A stretch of 64,000 nucleotides of DNA from Octopus sinensis (taxonomy: Eukaryota): assembly GCF_006345805.1 (NCBI RefSeq), contig NC_042997.1:169074001-169138000 (forward strand), given 5' to 3'. A program made the translations under genes and the position numbers. This document shows positions 13,880 to 28,660 of the stretch, one piece after another; position 1 is the first letter of the stretch; every line of letters starts with the position of its first letter. The notes beneath the pieces are model-generated. The model did not search any database and had not been told where the DNA came from. It saw only the letters and a list, made by a program, of their open reading frames with translations.

Positions 13880-15020
13880 TTGAAAAGACAGACCTAATAA
13901 TTTTGATATAACCATGGGTTTGAGTGACTTGGCAAAGGCTACTGATTTAGTTGGTATATAGATATTATACAACATTAAAAAGGAGTTCCTGGAAATAGCG
14001 GGTGATGTATATAGGATCAATGAAGCTTTACCTTTTATAACTGCAGTTACATGAAACTCAAGAGGAATAGAAACAAACTAAACACTTTCTTCAAAAACAT
14101 AAGACTATCTATAAATTAAGAAATATCTGTAAGGTAATTAATTTCTTAGATATAACATTAGAACTTAAAGCTGACCAGCAAGAATCCAGAATTCATTAAC
14201 AAAAATTTCAGCCAAGCTGGATCAGTAATTAAGTCTATTATTAGAAGGATCTCATCTTAAATATCCAAGTTAATGACATTTTCTTCAAAAATGTGGAATG
14301 CTATAATGTAACTTTATCAAGCACTGGATATACTGAAATTATTCAATATATCCCAGGTAACAAGGATTTAGAAATGTGCAAAGATTACGGGTCATATTCA
14401 CAAATGTATACACATTGTAATACATCCAGTGTGGGAAATTTTAATTACAATAGCAACAACAATTGCAAGTATACTATTAATCTACTGCTTGAATATGGAC
14501 TAAAACTAATATAAAGCATTGAAAACAACACAAAGAATCAATAATCCCTGTGGACAGTACCAAAACTTTTTTTCGAATTAGTGGTACCAACCTGCTAAAA
14601 AATTTTATATCTTTCCTTAGAAGCCCTAAGCATGATTTGGATGACATAGGTAATAGGCTTCAATTTAGCAGAAGTAGTAAATATACATAGTACAAGCTAT
14701 ATTCGAATATAATGACCATACCTCATATGACTGCAGGGGACAGGGCAATTGAATTTAAAGTGAACTCAACAACACTCAATAACAATAAAACAAGTGAATG
14801 CAGGTTATGTAAGAGAAATATTATGTGGTTCCACTCTCACCTTTGGACTTCATATAGCCTTAGATATTCCAGGAATTTTCTTTAAGGTATTGGAGAAGCA
14901 CTTTTCCCCTCACTAATGGATATAGCAATATCTCTATTAGACATACAGAAAAATTTGCATACTCCATCACACCTAATTTAGCTGGTAATACAGCAGCAAA
15001 TAACAATAAAAAAATGTATG
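13880..15020 (+). mobile_element. Degenerate Penelope-like retroelement (RT C-terminal half)
   Basis: Frame-broken remnants VINFLDITLEL, KSIIRRISS, YNVTLSSTGYTEIIQY, KRNIMWF, LEKHF and RHTEKFAYSITPNL, collinear with Penelope RT/thumb. Confidence 0.65.
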
Positions 15021-15159
15021 TATGTATAAAGCAACCCAACTTTATCATTAACACCAACACCTTCTTAATGATAAACAACAACAACTGTATTTACAAAATA
15101 AGCAACGTTATCAAAAATAGTTTACAATGACTTAAATTAATGTGGTACTCTATTGCACT

Positions 15160-15545
15160 TTAAAAGTTGAATGAGGATTGATTTAGGACTAAACAGCAAC
15201 GCATTTAAGAACATTTATATGACAATTTGCTTAGAAGGAAAGGTGGAACTTCTAGCAAAAAATACCCTTTCTTATTTGTAAAGCTTGGTTTGAAAGTTTG
15301 AAGTACTTAAACTTGCATAACATAAAAGTGACCAGTGAAGCTGCCACAGCTGACATAGAGGCTGTTGCTAATTATCCTGAGCAGCTGAGGAAAATGATTG
15401 CTGAAAGGAAGTTAATTACCAGAGCATGTGCAATATACAATGCTGATGAAATTGCAATTTTCTGCAAGTGCATACCTGCAAGGAATTAAATTTCTCGAAA
15501 AGAAAAATTAACACAGAGATTTAAAGCTTCCAAAAATCCTCTTTT
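15160..15545 (+). mobile_element. Tigger/pogo transposase fragment
   Basis: WFE..LHNIKVTSEAATADIEAVANYPEQLRKMI...IYNADE.AIFCKCIPAR...FKASK (Tigger NxDETG region). Confidence 0.85.
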
Positions 15546-18308
15546 ACAATGAACTCAGTTCCTACACTGATCTGTACAAAAGGAAGATGTGCCATAAACA
15601 TCAAACCAGCTTGAACAAGTTCATCATCCTTCAAACAGATATTGATGATGATGATGATAAACTTCTCACTATTTCACATTTCACCACCATCCCTCACAGA
15701 GTTGTGAACATCTTTTGTGGCTAGAATATACCTAATTATGATATTGCAATTCTTATTTATTCTTTAACATATTTCTTTTCAAATGTTTGTATATATATAC
15801 ATCATACTATACTTGTTTTGAAATTGTTATTTTCATACTTAAAATTGGTTGCATTACTAATTTTGCTATTGCTGTTGCTTTCCAAAAAAAATCCATTGGA
15901 ACACATCTTGCTTTATCACATGAAAATCAGTGGCAGAATTAATTTTGTATTAACAGATTTCACATTACTTGAAAATTTTCAGGAAAGTATTACTTTTAAA
16001 ACATGAGGGACACACACACACACATACACATACACAAATACATGCATGTACGCATGCATGCATGCATGCATACATACATACATACATACATACATACATA
16101 CATACATACATACATACATACATACATACATGCATGAAAGTTCAAAGAATTCTATATTATCAAATGGTTAATTATAAAAATTTAAATTTGTTACCAAAGA
16201 ATCTTTTGAAAGAAATTATTATTGTTTAGCATTTGTGTGAACAAAGAATATATAGCATACCATGTATATATAATTGTTTCTATGTATACAGCAATGCTCT
16301 ACCTTCTTTATTTAATAGTTTAGCATATGATTTAAAGATAATTTGCCTGCTTTTTCTTGCAAATTGAGTGACTATGTAATGTTTCTTTCTAAACAATGTT
16401 GAAAATGTGTAGAATATAAAACGCTGTAAAAGATACTTAAAATACGAATACTTGAAAATGTGTGTCAATAGTAATATTCATTTTGTTGCAAATATTGAAT
16501 ACTCAACATCTGATTAGTTTTACATAACAAGGCTGCATTTATTGCAAAATATAAAACTATGATTTATTGTTTCTTTACATGCTCTCAAAACACTAACAGT
16601 ATTGAAATTATATAAGTTTCATTTTAAAATGATTTGATTCTTTTTTCTAAAATAAATTAAAACTGGAATTTAGAGAAAATATTTTCTCTATTTCTAATTA
16701 ATTGTCAATAATTTTGAAGACAAGTACAGGTAAGTAGCTTCAATTGCCAGTGTGACATCTAATATTGGAAACATTGTATATGAGAATTTAGCAGCTACAT
16801 TAAGAAAAGGATGTGGAATGAGTATAGGAAACTGCTGTCTGTTGACTGGAGAGATTTTATCTCTCTAAATTAAAGGCAGAAAATATGGAACTTATGTAAG
16901 TGTAATGCTACACTTAGTAAGTCATGAAAATAAATATCCTAGATCTGTAGATAGTGGATGGAAATGAAGTACTTATAATGATTGGGGTGTATGATAATAA
17001 CTTGCATTATAAAATGAAAATAGATTAAAGATTGGATGGCTATTAAAGACATTGACCAATGTATACTGAAGAGATAACTGCATTGGTGTAAATGATGTAA
17101 ATGGATGATAAGTGCAGGATCAAAATATACTATAAACTGACAATGAAAGGTACCTTTAGTAGAGGAAGACAGTCTCCTTTACTGTAGGCTCCTTTCTTTG
17201 CCTCACAGATGAAATAGCAAAGTATCAAAAAGAGAGATGATATGATACATGGAAAACAATGATAATAACAAGGAATATGTCAAGAATGAATGAATGATGA
17301 TGATGACGATGATGATCATCATCATCACTATGGCAGTTGAGAAATTGAGGATCAGGGAGAAGGAGAGGATGATGGTGTTGAAGAAGAAAGGGACAAGAGT
17401 GATAAAGGAGATGAATAATGATGATGAATACATCCTCATGACTCTCACACATTTCCACACTAATATTGCTGGTGCTGAGACCAAATCGTGTATCAATCTG
17501 AATTGACTGCACAAGTTAGTCTTCTCAGCTACTCTGACAAATACATTAACACACCAAATATTCATGACCTCTTTCTAACCTCTAGATTCAATCTCTGGTC
17601 AGCTATGATTATCAGTAATGCCTGCTACTTTCAATCATCATTGTTGTCTTAACCCATCGTTTAAAAATTAATTTCTTCAATTTCACCTTCTATTCCAAAC
17701 ACAAAGGAATTGATGATTGAATCTAAGGCACCAATAGAAAATAAAGTATACCTCACCTAATATTTAATAATTTGGCTACACCATATTCTAGAAGTATATT
17801 TTTGTGATACTCTATCCATTTATCCCATACCACATCATCTTAGAGTGAATATAAGTGTGTATGCGTGCACACACACACACACACACACACAAACATATAC
17901 AGGTAATAATGTTTGTTTTTAAACTTTAGCATTGAAACCTGTTGTATCCAGCCCAAATATTCTACCTGTTTTATGCTCAAACAGGCCAGATCTAGCCTTT
18001 CACACCTAGCCATTTTACAAAATAAACAACCACATCATCAAAATCTCAAAGCTATGAAATAATGCATAATTAATGTAAAATGAGGTGAATACATAAGCAT
18101 TACATTTGACAGAGTAATCTGAATCCTTAAGAGATAAGCGAAGTTATACTTAAAAACAATTTAGCATGAAATTGAAGACTCACTGAATACTTGTTAGCAG
18201 AGTACTTGTTAATTTTTTTCTCGATAAAGGGTGACAGTAACTTCAAATGTTTCGTTGTACTAGTTGTCATCATTTTTTGTTTGTTTTTATGTTAATTTTC
18301 TATACTAA

Positions 18309-18641
18309 CACAGGTTCTCAAAGTGGACACTACCCCCACCCCCACCCCCAGTGGGCGTTGAGACAGTCCAGGTAGGCACTGGTGCCTAAGGGGACGGGGG
18401 CGGTAGAGAAAAAGGAGGCATTGGGAGGAAGGCAGTTGATTGGGGGACACTATGAATTTATTATAATATTATTATAGTATTGAATACAAATTATATAATA
18501 TTATATTAAATATTAAATGATCCATAGTATATATAAATTAGTAAAATATAAAATATTTATTTATGTATAAAATTAGGAGGGGGTGCTGAAGGTATTATGT
18601 GGTTATGAGTGGTGGGGAGCCCAAAAGTTTGAGAACCTCTT
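18309..18641. mobile_element. hAT/Charlie-like MITE
   Basis: Terminal inverted repeats AGGTTCTCAAA (18312-18322) and TTTGAGAACCT (18628-18638); 8-bp TSD not recognisable. Confidence 0.55.
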
Positions 18642-19218
18642 GATTAGACCAATGTGTGGCTGAGGCATTGTTTTGCAGATGGATGTCCTTCCTGCCACTA
18701 AACCTTATTTGTTTTCTTAGTAAGGCATCTCTTATTTCACTCCTCATCAAAGGTGCAAAGCTAGCAGATGATTTGCTGACAGGAGAATTGGAAGCAGTAT
18801 CATCACTCGTAGCTCATGAAATCCAGAGAATATGTAAATAAACACATAGGCACAGGTGCACATACGCACACACCCATACACACATACATACACATGTAAA
18901 CATACACACAAGCACAAACACACATACACAAACACACACACACACAGATGCATATAAATATATGTATACTCACTTGTATAGATGCTTTCTTATTACTCTC
19001 AGCAGATTTTTTTTATTTAGTAAGTAAACTATTTAGCAATCATCATGCCATTTTATTTTCCAAGCAATAATGATAATTATTCTAAAAGTCTGCTGATCAA
19101 CTATTACACCTGTCTCATGAACATAATAGTTAATTTATTAATCTTTTAGTAAATAACAAATTTGTACATTTGTATGTATGTGTAAGTGTGTGTGTATGTG
19201 TCTGTATGTATGTATGTA

Positions 19219-19252
<34 letters not shown>

Positions 19253-19260
<8 letters not shown>

Positions 19261-19598
19261 GAAATAAGGTACTCAGAAAATCGGATGGTTTATATTTACA
19301 GATATTTATTTGTATATTACATTTTTTATATATATCATATAACTTAGATCATGTATTAGCGCTTTCTCCCATTCTAGTGGGGTTTTCAAATCAAACTAAG
19401 TCCCTGTGTGAGGAGTGACTATAAAATGGTCAAAACTCCTCACACAGGAACTTAGTTTGATTTGAAAACCCCATTAGAATGGGAGAAAGTGCTAATACAT
19501 GATCTAAGTTATATGATATATATAAAAAATGTAATATACAAATAAATATCTGTAAATATAAACCATCCGATTTTCTGAGTACCTCATTTCTTCTAATA
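19253..19598. mobile_element. Foldback MITE-like palindrome (164-bp arms, 18-nt loop)
   Basis: 19253-19416 vs 19435-19598 differ at 4 positions by my alignment; TA dinucleotides at both ends; ORF-track entries 19170(+) and 19430(-) give near-identical translations. Confidence 0.85.
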
Positions 19599-19628
19599 TG
19601 ATAATACCTGTACATCATCTCCAAACCT

Positions 19629-19662
<34 letters not shown>

Positions 19663-19665
<3 letters not shown>

Positions 19666-20488
19666 ACAGAGCATTAGTACCTTGAGAGAAATGTTGTACC
19701 TAAGAAGCATCAGTTGTGGTGTGCAAGAAAGACGATTACGCTAGTATGGTCATGTGGCGAGAATGGATGAAGATAGGTGTGTGAAAAAGTGCCAATCCCT
19801 AGCAGTGGAGGGAACCCGTGGAAGAGGTAGACCCAGGAAAACCTGGGACGAGGTGGTGAAGCACGACCTTCGAACTTTAGGCCTCACTGAGGAAATGACC
19901 AGCGACCGAGACCATTGGAAATATGCTGTACATGAGAAGACCAGGCAGGACAAGTGAGCCCAGCCCACTTATGCATGCCTTTCCCCCCTTGAACACAAAG
20001 ACCTGTCGAGGCAAGCGAAGTCGATATCGAACCTCATCTGACGACAGGCACCCATGCCAACCCCCTTTGCTTGCGAAGACATATTGGGGCAAGTGAAATC
20101 GAAATCGAAATTGAACCAATCCTATGACTGGCACCCGGCAGATGCCAGGACCCCTGGACTGGTGGTACGTAAAAAGCACTATCTGAATCGTGGCCGATGC
20201 CAGCGCCGCCTCAACTGGCTTCCGTGCTGGTGGCACGTAAAATGCACCAATCCGACCGTGGCCGTTGCCAGCCTCGCCTGGCACCTGTGCGGGTGGCACA
20301 TAAAAAGCACCCACTACACTCATGGAGTGGTTGGCGTTAGGAAGGGCATCCAGCTGTAGAAACATTGCCAGATAAGACTGGAGCCTGGTGCAGCCTTGTG
20401 GCTTCCCAGATCCCCGGTCAAACCGTCCAACCCATGCTAGCATGGAGAACGGACGTTAAACGATGATGATGATGATGATGATGATGAT
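19663..20488 (+). mobile_element. 5'-truncated RTE LINE
   Basis: GHVARMDEDRCVKKCQSLAVEGTRGRGRPRKTWDEVVKHDLRTLGL...EKTRQDK*, then the 3' UTR and (GAT)n tail. Confidence 0.93.
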
Positions 20489-21601
20489 ATATAGGGGAGA
20501 ATTCACAAAAAAACATAAGACGAAGACAGGTAGTGTAGACAACAAACAGATGTATTAGTATAACACTTGGGAAGGGAAAAAGTCTTTAATGATTCGAGCC
20601 TACACTCTTCTACAGAAAGGAACACAGAAAGAAACAAGGAGAGAAAATAAAGAATGTGTAGTGGCTAGAGATCTATCATGGTGAAATATATTTGTGAATT
20701 TTCAGACTACCTTAGGTTTCATGCATTTACAGTTTGCAATCTTCAAGTGTTCCATTTAAAAGATAATGGTTAAACCATCTCTGTTTTAGAATTGGCTACA
20801 TGAGATTTCATGAGACATCAAATATTATTAGGTGGAGCAAAAGTAAAATCAAAATACCCAGGTAATAGGAGGTAAATATTCAGAGACTTTGGCAGTTTAT
20901 ACTTTCTTTACACTTATATTGATTTTGAAAGTGGTAGTAAAATGCTAATATATATTCTTCTCTGTTATTAGCAGTTTATGGCATACATAATCTTGCAGTA
21001 AGTGTGCATGTCCAAGCAAAACTAAAAGAAATATTCATTTACATGGGATGTGTATTTCGGATTTCGCTTTGTACCATCTGATAACATTTGAAATCTTGTG
21101 AAATCTCACATAACCAAACCAGAATAGAGAGAAAGATTACCATCGTTTTGTAAGTGGAACACTTGAAAGTTGTAAATCTTATGTACTTGAAACCAAAGGT
21201 GGCATAAAAAAAAATGCACAGGTAAAGGAGGCATTTATCCAGCAGTGCAATGTTGTGTACTTCTCAAGGTTAGCTGGTAACATATATAGGTATATATGTG
21301 AATGCGTGTGTGTGTAGATTCAAATGAATATGGTACTTAAGTTAGGGCACCAGACTTTAGTAACTTCTATGCTGAAGTAGAGACAACATGTTCTTTGTCT
21401 ATCTACTTAACTTCTTGGAGATTTTAGGTATTATTATACTAATGTGTCCATCTGTTCTATTTTAATTAAATTCTATGTCTTTGTGCAGCTGAAGATTGCT
21501 CTACATTTTCAATTGATGTAATGATTGCATTGTCCAATTAAATGGAGTTGCATGAAACGATTGTACTGCATTACCTCTGGATATCCTTGTTTCTTATTTT
21601 G

Positions 21602-21653
<52 letters not shown>

Positions 21654-22019
21654 CAAAGTAGAGGAAAATTAAAGTGCAAATCCTAGGCAGTCAACCAAAT
21701 TCCCAAAAGCATAAATGAAGATATTCAATCAATGTAATTGAATCATATATATTTATACACATCAACATAAATAATGCATGTATAGGTGTAAAGATTCTCC
21801 AAGGGTATAAAGAACAAAACCAAACACATAAAAATACAGGAGAGATATAAAACATATAAAAATACATATAAAATCACATATAAATAAGGATTACATGTAA
21901 AAAGTTAAGCATGATACAGGTTGACTGCCAAGGATTTGTGTTTTCATTTTCTTCTACTTTGTATTATTTTGTTTTAGCTCTCTATGGGCACTCCATAAAT
22001 AGCCCATACTTTCTATAAC

Positions 22020-22102
<83 letters not shown>

Positions 22103-22255
22103 GTATATATGTAAGTATAAATATGTATGTATGTGTATATGTATATATATATATATATATATACAGGCATATATATATGTATATGTAAACATACATTCAT
22201 ATATATGTACAAACATATATGCATACATATATATATATATATATATATGTATATT

Positions 22256-22300
<45 letters not shown>

Positions 22301-22302
<2 letters not shown>

Positions 22303-23000
22303 CATTATCATCATCGTTTAACATCCATTTTCCATGCTGGCATGAGTTGGACGGTTCAACTGGGGTCTGGGAAGCCAGGAGTCTGCACCAGGCTTCAGTC
22401 TTATCTAGCAGTGTTTCTATAGCTGGATGCCCTTCCTAATGCCAACCACTCCAAGAATGTAGTGGGTGCTTTTTTACACGCCACTAGCACAGGAGCCAGA
22501 GGGGGTAGGCATCAACCACAATCGGATGGTGCTTTATATGTGCCACTGGCACAGAAGCCAGTCAAGGTGGTGCTGCATCGTCCACATTCGGATGGTGCTT
22601 TCAACATTCCACCAGCATGGGTATCACAATTACAATTTCCATTTGAATGTGATTTTATTTGATTTTGATGTACTTGACTCAATAGGTCTCCTCAAGCACA
22701 GCATGTTGTCCTACGATCCAAGGAACTTTGGGTGGGCTGGTTATGCGACACTGGTGTGGGTTACAGCTGTGAACTCACTTTATTTACCAGGTCTTCTCAG
22801 TCACAGCATATCTCCAGAGGTCTCAGTGTTTTGTCATTGTGAGGCCCAACATTTGAAGCTCATGCTTCAGCACCTCATCGCAAGTCCTCCTGGGTCTTCC
22901 TCTACTCCGGATTTCTTCCTGTGTGTGGGAGTGGCACTTCTTCACACAGCTCTCCTCATCCACCTGTAGTACATGACCATACTAACACAAATGTCTCTCT
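22301..23000 (-). mobile_element. RTE LINE 3' fragment
   Basis: (CAT)n tail on the plus strand, shared 3' UTR and a degenerate GRPR...W ORF end. Confidence 0.8.
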
Positions 23001-23950
23001 TGCTGACATTGAAAACATGTAAAATGATGATGATGATGATATAAACATGCATTCTTACATACATACAGTGTAAAAATATACCTCGTACAGATATGTTCAA
23101 GCATAAGATGTATTGAGTTACCAAACTAGTTTCCTTCAAATAAATTATCTACTTGAATAACAACTTTCCTAATGAAAGCCATGTAATTACTGCTTCAGGT
23201 TTAACAAAATAAACATGTTCCTCAGAGTTTTATTCTTTAGAATTCGGTTTACTATTTGTTTATCTTGTAATTGCTGCATTTTAATTGTTCAAGTTATAAT
23301 TTGTGTTTACACTTTAGTTCAGTTCAGAATATATGCATGAGTGTAAGTATATTTGCATGTTCCCATGCAAACACACACACTCAGAAATATGCATTTGTGT
23401 GTGAATATATGTATTTAAATTAATATGTATATATATCATAATATATAAATTTGAAAATACACAAAATCTTGTGTAAATGATGTGTGTGTGTGTGCGCTTG
23501 TGGCTATGTGTATGTGTGTGTGTGTTTGTGGCTATGTGTGTGTGTGTCTGTACGTCTGTCAGTCTGTTTGTCCGTCTGTTTGTCTGTCTGTCCACATGTG
23601 TGTGTATAGTAAGCAAGCATGTATATAAACAAAGATGAACCAAAAGAAAGAAAATTGTCAAATGCAATTGGTGATCAAATTGCAATCCTTAGCCAATGTT
23701 TGTTCATGTTTACAATTAAACTTCCTCTTTGATACCAAATATTCCAAAAGTAAATATTGTAACAATCAATCAACATATATATATATATATATATATATAT
23801 TTGTATAAATATGCATATTTAAATATTTGTGCATATGTGTATGCACATATACAGATACATGCATGCACACACACATACACACACACATATATATGTATAT
23901 ACGATATACTTAGGTATTTAAATATATATGTACATATATGTATGCATATG

Positions 23951-24000
<50 letters not shown>

Positions 24001-24404
24001 CATATATATGTGTGTGTGTGTATATATACATACATACATATATACATATATATATGTGTGTCTATATATATATATAAACACATACACTCACACACACAAA
24101 TACACACATATGCAATCTATAATTTATCTACCACCCTCACTCTCTCATTCTCTCTCACTTTCTATATTGTTGTCTCTGTCTGCCTATGTACTTGTAGTGT
24201 ACATGTACAACCATATCAGTATAGACATATGCCTTCATAATCATACTCAAAACATGTTCTATGGCTTTGTCTGGGAAGTAAGAAATAAGTTTCATTGCTT
24301 TAGATAGAGTTTATTTAGTACATTTTAGTTGAAAGAACACAATAATTCCACACATGCATACTCATATACAAATGTGTGTGTATGTGTATATATTTGTACA
24401 TATA

Positions 24405-24630
24405 CAGTAAACCCTCGACTTTACATTCCGAAACCCCTGCGATAGGTGAAAATTGGCAAAGTAGAAACAGTACTGTACTGTATATTTTCTTAATTTATTT
24501 TTATAATTTGTACATATTTATCTTATTATAAATGCAAAACAACACCACAGAGGAATCAACATAAACTTAAATAATAAACTGTGATAGGTGAACCATGGCA
24601 GGTGAACCGTGATATGGCGAGGAATTACTG
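24405..24630. mobile_element. Tigger-like MITE
   Basis: TA|CAGTAAACCCTCG ... CGAGGAATTACTG imperfect terminal inverted repeats; 226 bp. Confidence 0.65.
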
Positions 24631-27600
24631 AGCCATATATATATGAACTATTGTACATGTTTTAATGGCATTTGGGTAAATGTCTTCTACTATAGCCCTT
24701 GGCTGACCAAAGCCTTCTGAGTGGATTTGTTAGATGGAAACTGAAAGAAACCCAATTCTATATAAATCTAATATATAAATCCCATTCTGTCTGTCTGTTT
24801 TTTGTGCATTTATAACTCGAGTACTGTTCATCTGATCGTGCTGAAACTTTAAGCATGGATACATGAGAGAGCAGGACATTCCATAATTTAAAAAGATTTC
24901 AAAATTGTCAGTTTCAAAGTGAGAATCGCTAGTTTTGTAATATTTTTGTCCTGTTTCTTCCACCATCTTGTTCATTAACTGACGTTCTAAACAATTCATT
25001 TCTACTTTTTCACATTTATATGACAGATATATACAAATAAAGCTTACTATTTGTAAATACAGTCTCATTTTGATTTAAATATTAGACCACGAACAACTGT
25101 ATTCATTTCTGCGTTTTCACATGTTTGTAAGCAGCTAAAAAATTTATATCACTCTAACTTTAATTAACTGTAATCAACCACGAGCATTCGCAGTCTTACA
25201 GCTGTTTTTCATACAATAAACCACCTGACATGAAAATCTACAAGGAAAAGGCAGTTACCTTAAATGAGCAAAAAAGTGAAAATAAAGCAAATAAATAACT
25301 GGTGATTACTCAATTTTCTGAAGATATTCTCAACAAAATTCAATTGAAAGTAGAAAAGACTAATTGATTACTTTATAACATGTGAAAAATTAAGGGGGCA
25401 GGGTTACATCTAAAACCTTGCCTAAAGTTTCTCATCCAACTTTAAAAAATAAGTAGTATTGTTCAATTTTTGAGATGAAATTGATTTGCAAAGAATATGC
25501 CTTATGTTATTTTATTGCACATTGTGTTATTTCACCCCCAAGTTTCAACTCTTTTTGTGTCAGTTTTTGAGAGAAGAGAGACTTCCCTAAGCATTTTTGC
25601 ACCTTTATTGAATAGCAGTTTCTATTTGCCTGTCCATCGAGTGATTTTTTTATTTGAAATTAATGTTACTTATCTCATATTTCTAACCACTACGCTAGTG
25701 AAATTTGAAATAAAATACATAAAGCAACAGTCATCAAATGCAAAAGCTAGAGAACTGTTTATTGCTTAAATATTACTTGCAATATTCACTTTGGAGATAA
25801 AACAGTGTTCAGTCTGACGTAAAGGTGTCAACATGAGGTATGTACTATGGAAGAGTATATTGTGCTTATCCTAATGTGAAACTGCTTGAGTGCAAAAACT
25901 TTAAGGTTAATTATGATGTCTGACTCCACTGGACGTTGTATATATTGTGGGCTGAATAGCTTTCCTTCATTTTATTAGCCTCATGACAATTTTGAAAAGG
26001 TTCACTGCGTTAAGATTCACTATCAATCAATTTTCCATATTTAGAAGAAACAGTCAACAGTTTTAACGTCTCAGGAATCTTTAATTCCCTAACCAAAAGT
26101 AACAACTCCATACAAACACCAAACATCTCCACAACTTAACACGGTCCAAGTTAACCCCTTCACCTATACAAACTGTCTAAATGATGCGGGGGGAGGCGTT
26201 TGCTAGTATATACATAATATGTGTTTGTGTGTGTGTGTGCACGCACACATACACACACACAAGTATCTATATGTGAGTGTATCTTTGTGTTTGTTCCCAA
26301 CCACAGCTTGACAACTAGTGTTGGTTTGTCTTCATCCCTATAACTTAGCACTTCAGCTAAAAAGACCCATAAAATAAATACCAGACTTTAAAAAAAAAAT
26401 TTCTGAGGTTGACTCAGCTAACTAAATCCCTTCAAGGCAGAACCCCAACATGGCCACAGTCGAATGACTGAAACAAGTAAAAGATGCCTTCTCCTCATGA
26501 TTTTCCTTCTCAAACTAATCCAGTTCACTTTACCTATTAAAAATATTTCGTTTTTATTATTGAAATTTCAAGTTGTATCCCTTGTTTTCCTTCACCAGAA
26601 TTAGCCATTGAAGATAACAATTCTTTTTTTCCTCATATGAGTGTACTTTCAACAGATCAAACATTATTTTGGTTCACTAAATTAAGCTACTAATAGCCCT
26701 ACTATATTTAACTTTACTTTAAAAACTTGGATTGATATTTTCTAGGGGCTAGAACCCATATAAACCTAGTATGATTTTAAACTAATGTATCTATCACTAA
26801 TTAAAATATATTTGAATACCCCATTGTTCATGGCATAATAGCAGTGGAGGTGTATACTAAGTAATAGTTGATGAGTTAAGTCTGTATAGATACACATGGT
26901 CACCAAGAGCAACAAATTGATTAGATGTCAAAATATGAGATGTGTTGTTGTTATTACAGTTATGATTTTTAGGAGCATTAACCTTGTCACTGGATACAAA
27001 ATAATATTTAGTATTTACTATGGTTTGATCTATATTGTACTGTTGCTATGCTGACTGCTATTTTTTGTGTTAGTGATCCACAGTTGTACATTGAAGAAGA
27101 CAATGAAATCTATTGAGACTTTTGACAAACAAACTTTTATTCTTTTTATACGCAAGCAAAAGTGAAATACTGTTGTTATTATGAACGACAGATATTGAGA
27201 GAGAGTTGTTATGTTATTGTTCTTGGTGTAATTCTAATAGTATTCAAAAAGGTAACTGCTAATTGTTGTGTTGCTGTGGTTGGTAGTTCATTATGCTAAT
27301 GTCAGCTTGGTTCAGCCACTGCCTGCATCTGTTCACTGTCCATCTGCCATGTTATTTCATGCTTTTTCCTCTACTTCCCAAAGCTCTGTCTGGTAGTCAT
27401 GGTTTGTCACTTTTATACAGATTGATGGCACAGAAAGAGGCATGCCAGAAGTTGAAATTGTTACAGGAGCCTATTCCAAATGAGGTTATGCTTGGTCAGA
27501 TTTTGTTGATCATGTGGGTAATATTCTAGTGAATCACAACATCAAGTAATTGCAGAATATTCCTGCTACATTTTCATCACCAGTTGTCATGAGATTCGTA

Positions 27601-28660
27601 TTCTTGGTTATGTAGATGATACAGGCATCAAAGGCTTAGTGAATAAGAAAATCATTACTCTTATTTTAGAAATAATGGTTCGTAATTCAATTCCAGACTG
27701 GTACTATGTACACATTCAGGAATAAAACATATAATGAAGATTGGAGAGCAAAATGATGAAAGTGTCATGCAATGTAAATACTGAATAAAAAAAATATTCT
27801 TTTCTAAAGATGAGGTGAACATACAAAAATGATTATTGAATCAATAGAAGAGATGATTTTTTTTCCTCAATACTTGATAAGAATAAATTTGAAAAGTATA
27901 GAGATATATTTCCTTATGTGTTATATATGGAAGATCTTAATCCATAAACAGGTTTCACTTTTTTGAGCAAGATAACTGTGTAAAACTCAGATATAGAATG
28001 ACATCTTGACATATGAAAAGATTTTTAGATTCTACATACTTTTACTAAAGTTGAATTTTGAACAGTCTTGTGTTTTTGCATCAACAGATTAAAAACATTG
28101 TATATGCATACATACAATACATATATATTTTACACCGATTTTCCTATGCTGGCATACAAAGAACAGATACTTGAGGCAGTATTGTTGCATACTCATACTT
28201 GATTTTGAAGTAAGGGTTTTCTTTTTATTTCACAAAACATTAAAACAGTACAGTTACAGAATGTAGTGTTCACTGGGAATATAAACATGGTAAAACCATT
28301 TTTAGCTGAGGTGGTTTCATGTGAGGAAGTGAAAATGACAACTTCATGCACACACACACATATACACATGCTTATAGATACATACAAACAAGCACACACA
28401 CACATATCATACTCTTCCTCATCATCAACATTTTAACATCTATTTTTCCATACTCGTATGGCTGGATCGTATGTGTGTGCATGTGTGTATGCATGTGTGT
28501 GCGTGTGTGTGTGTGTGTCTGCATGCATGCATGTGAGTATAGGTGGGTGTATGTGTGTACAGAAAACATTTCTAAATATCTATAGGAATTGTTCTTTAAA
28601 ATTGTTCTTTAAATATCTATAGGAATTGTTCTTTAAATGTGTTTTAAAGTAAATGTTTTT

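Noticed and set aside
17203-17565. Acidic/His-rich ORF-like stretch
   Set aside because: GAT/CAT/GAG low complexity with in-frame stops in the acidic frame; no usable exon structure or homology.
19877-20443. 188-aa ORF with near-identical counterparts at 60077, 22466, 30274 and 56973, suggesting a gene family
   Set aside because: It is the antisense reading of the RTE 3' UTR; the similarity reflects repeat copies.
20581-20620. Hammerhead-ribozyme-like motif on the minus strand (CTGTAGA-A-GAGT-GTAG-GCTC-GAAT)
   Set aside because: The core deviates from CUGANGA and GAAA at essential positions, and I could not find stems I and III; at most a decayed remnant.
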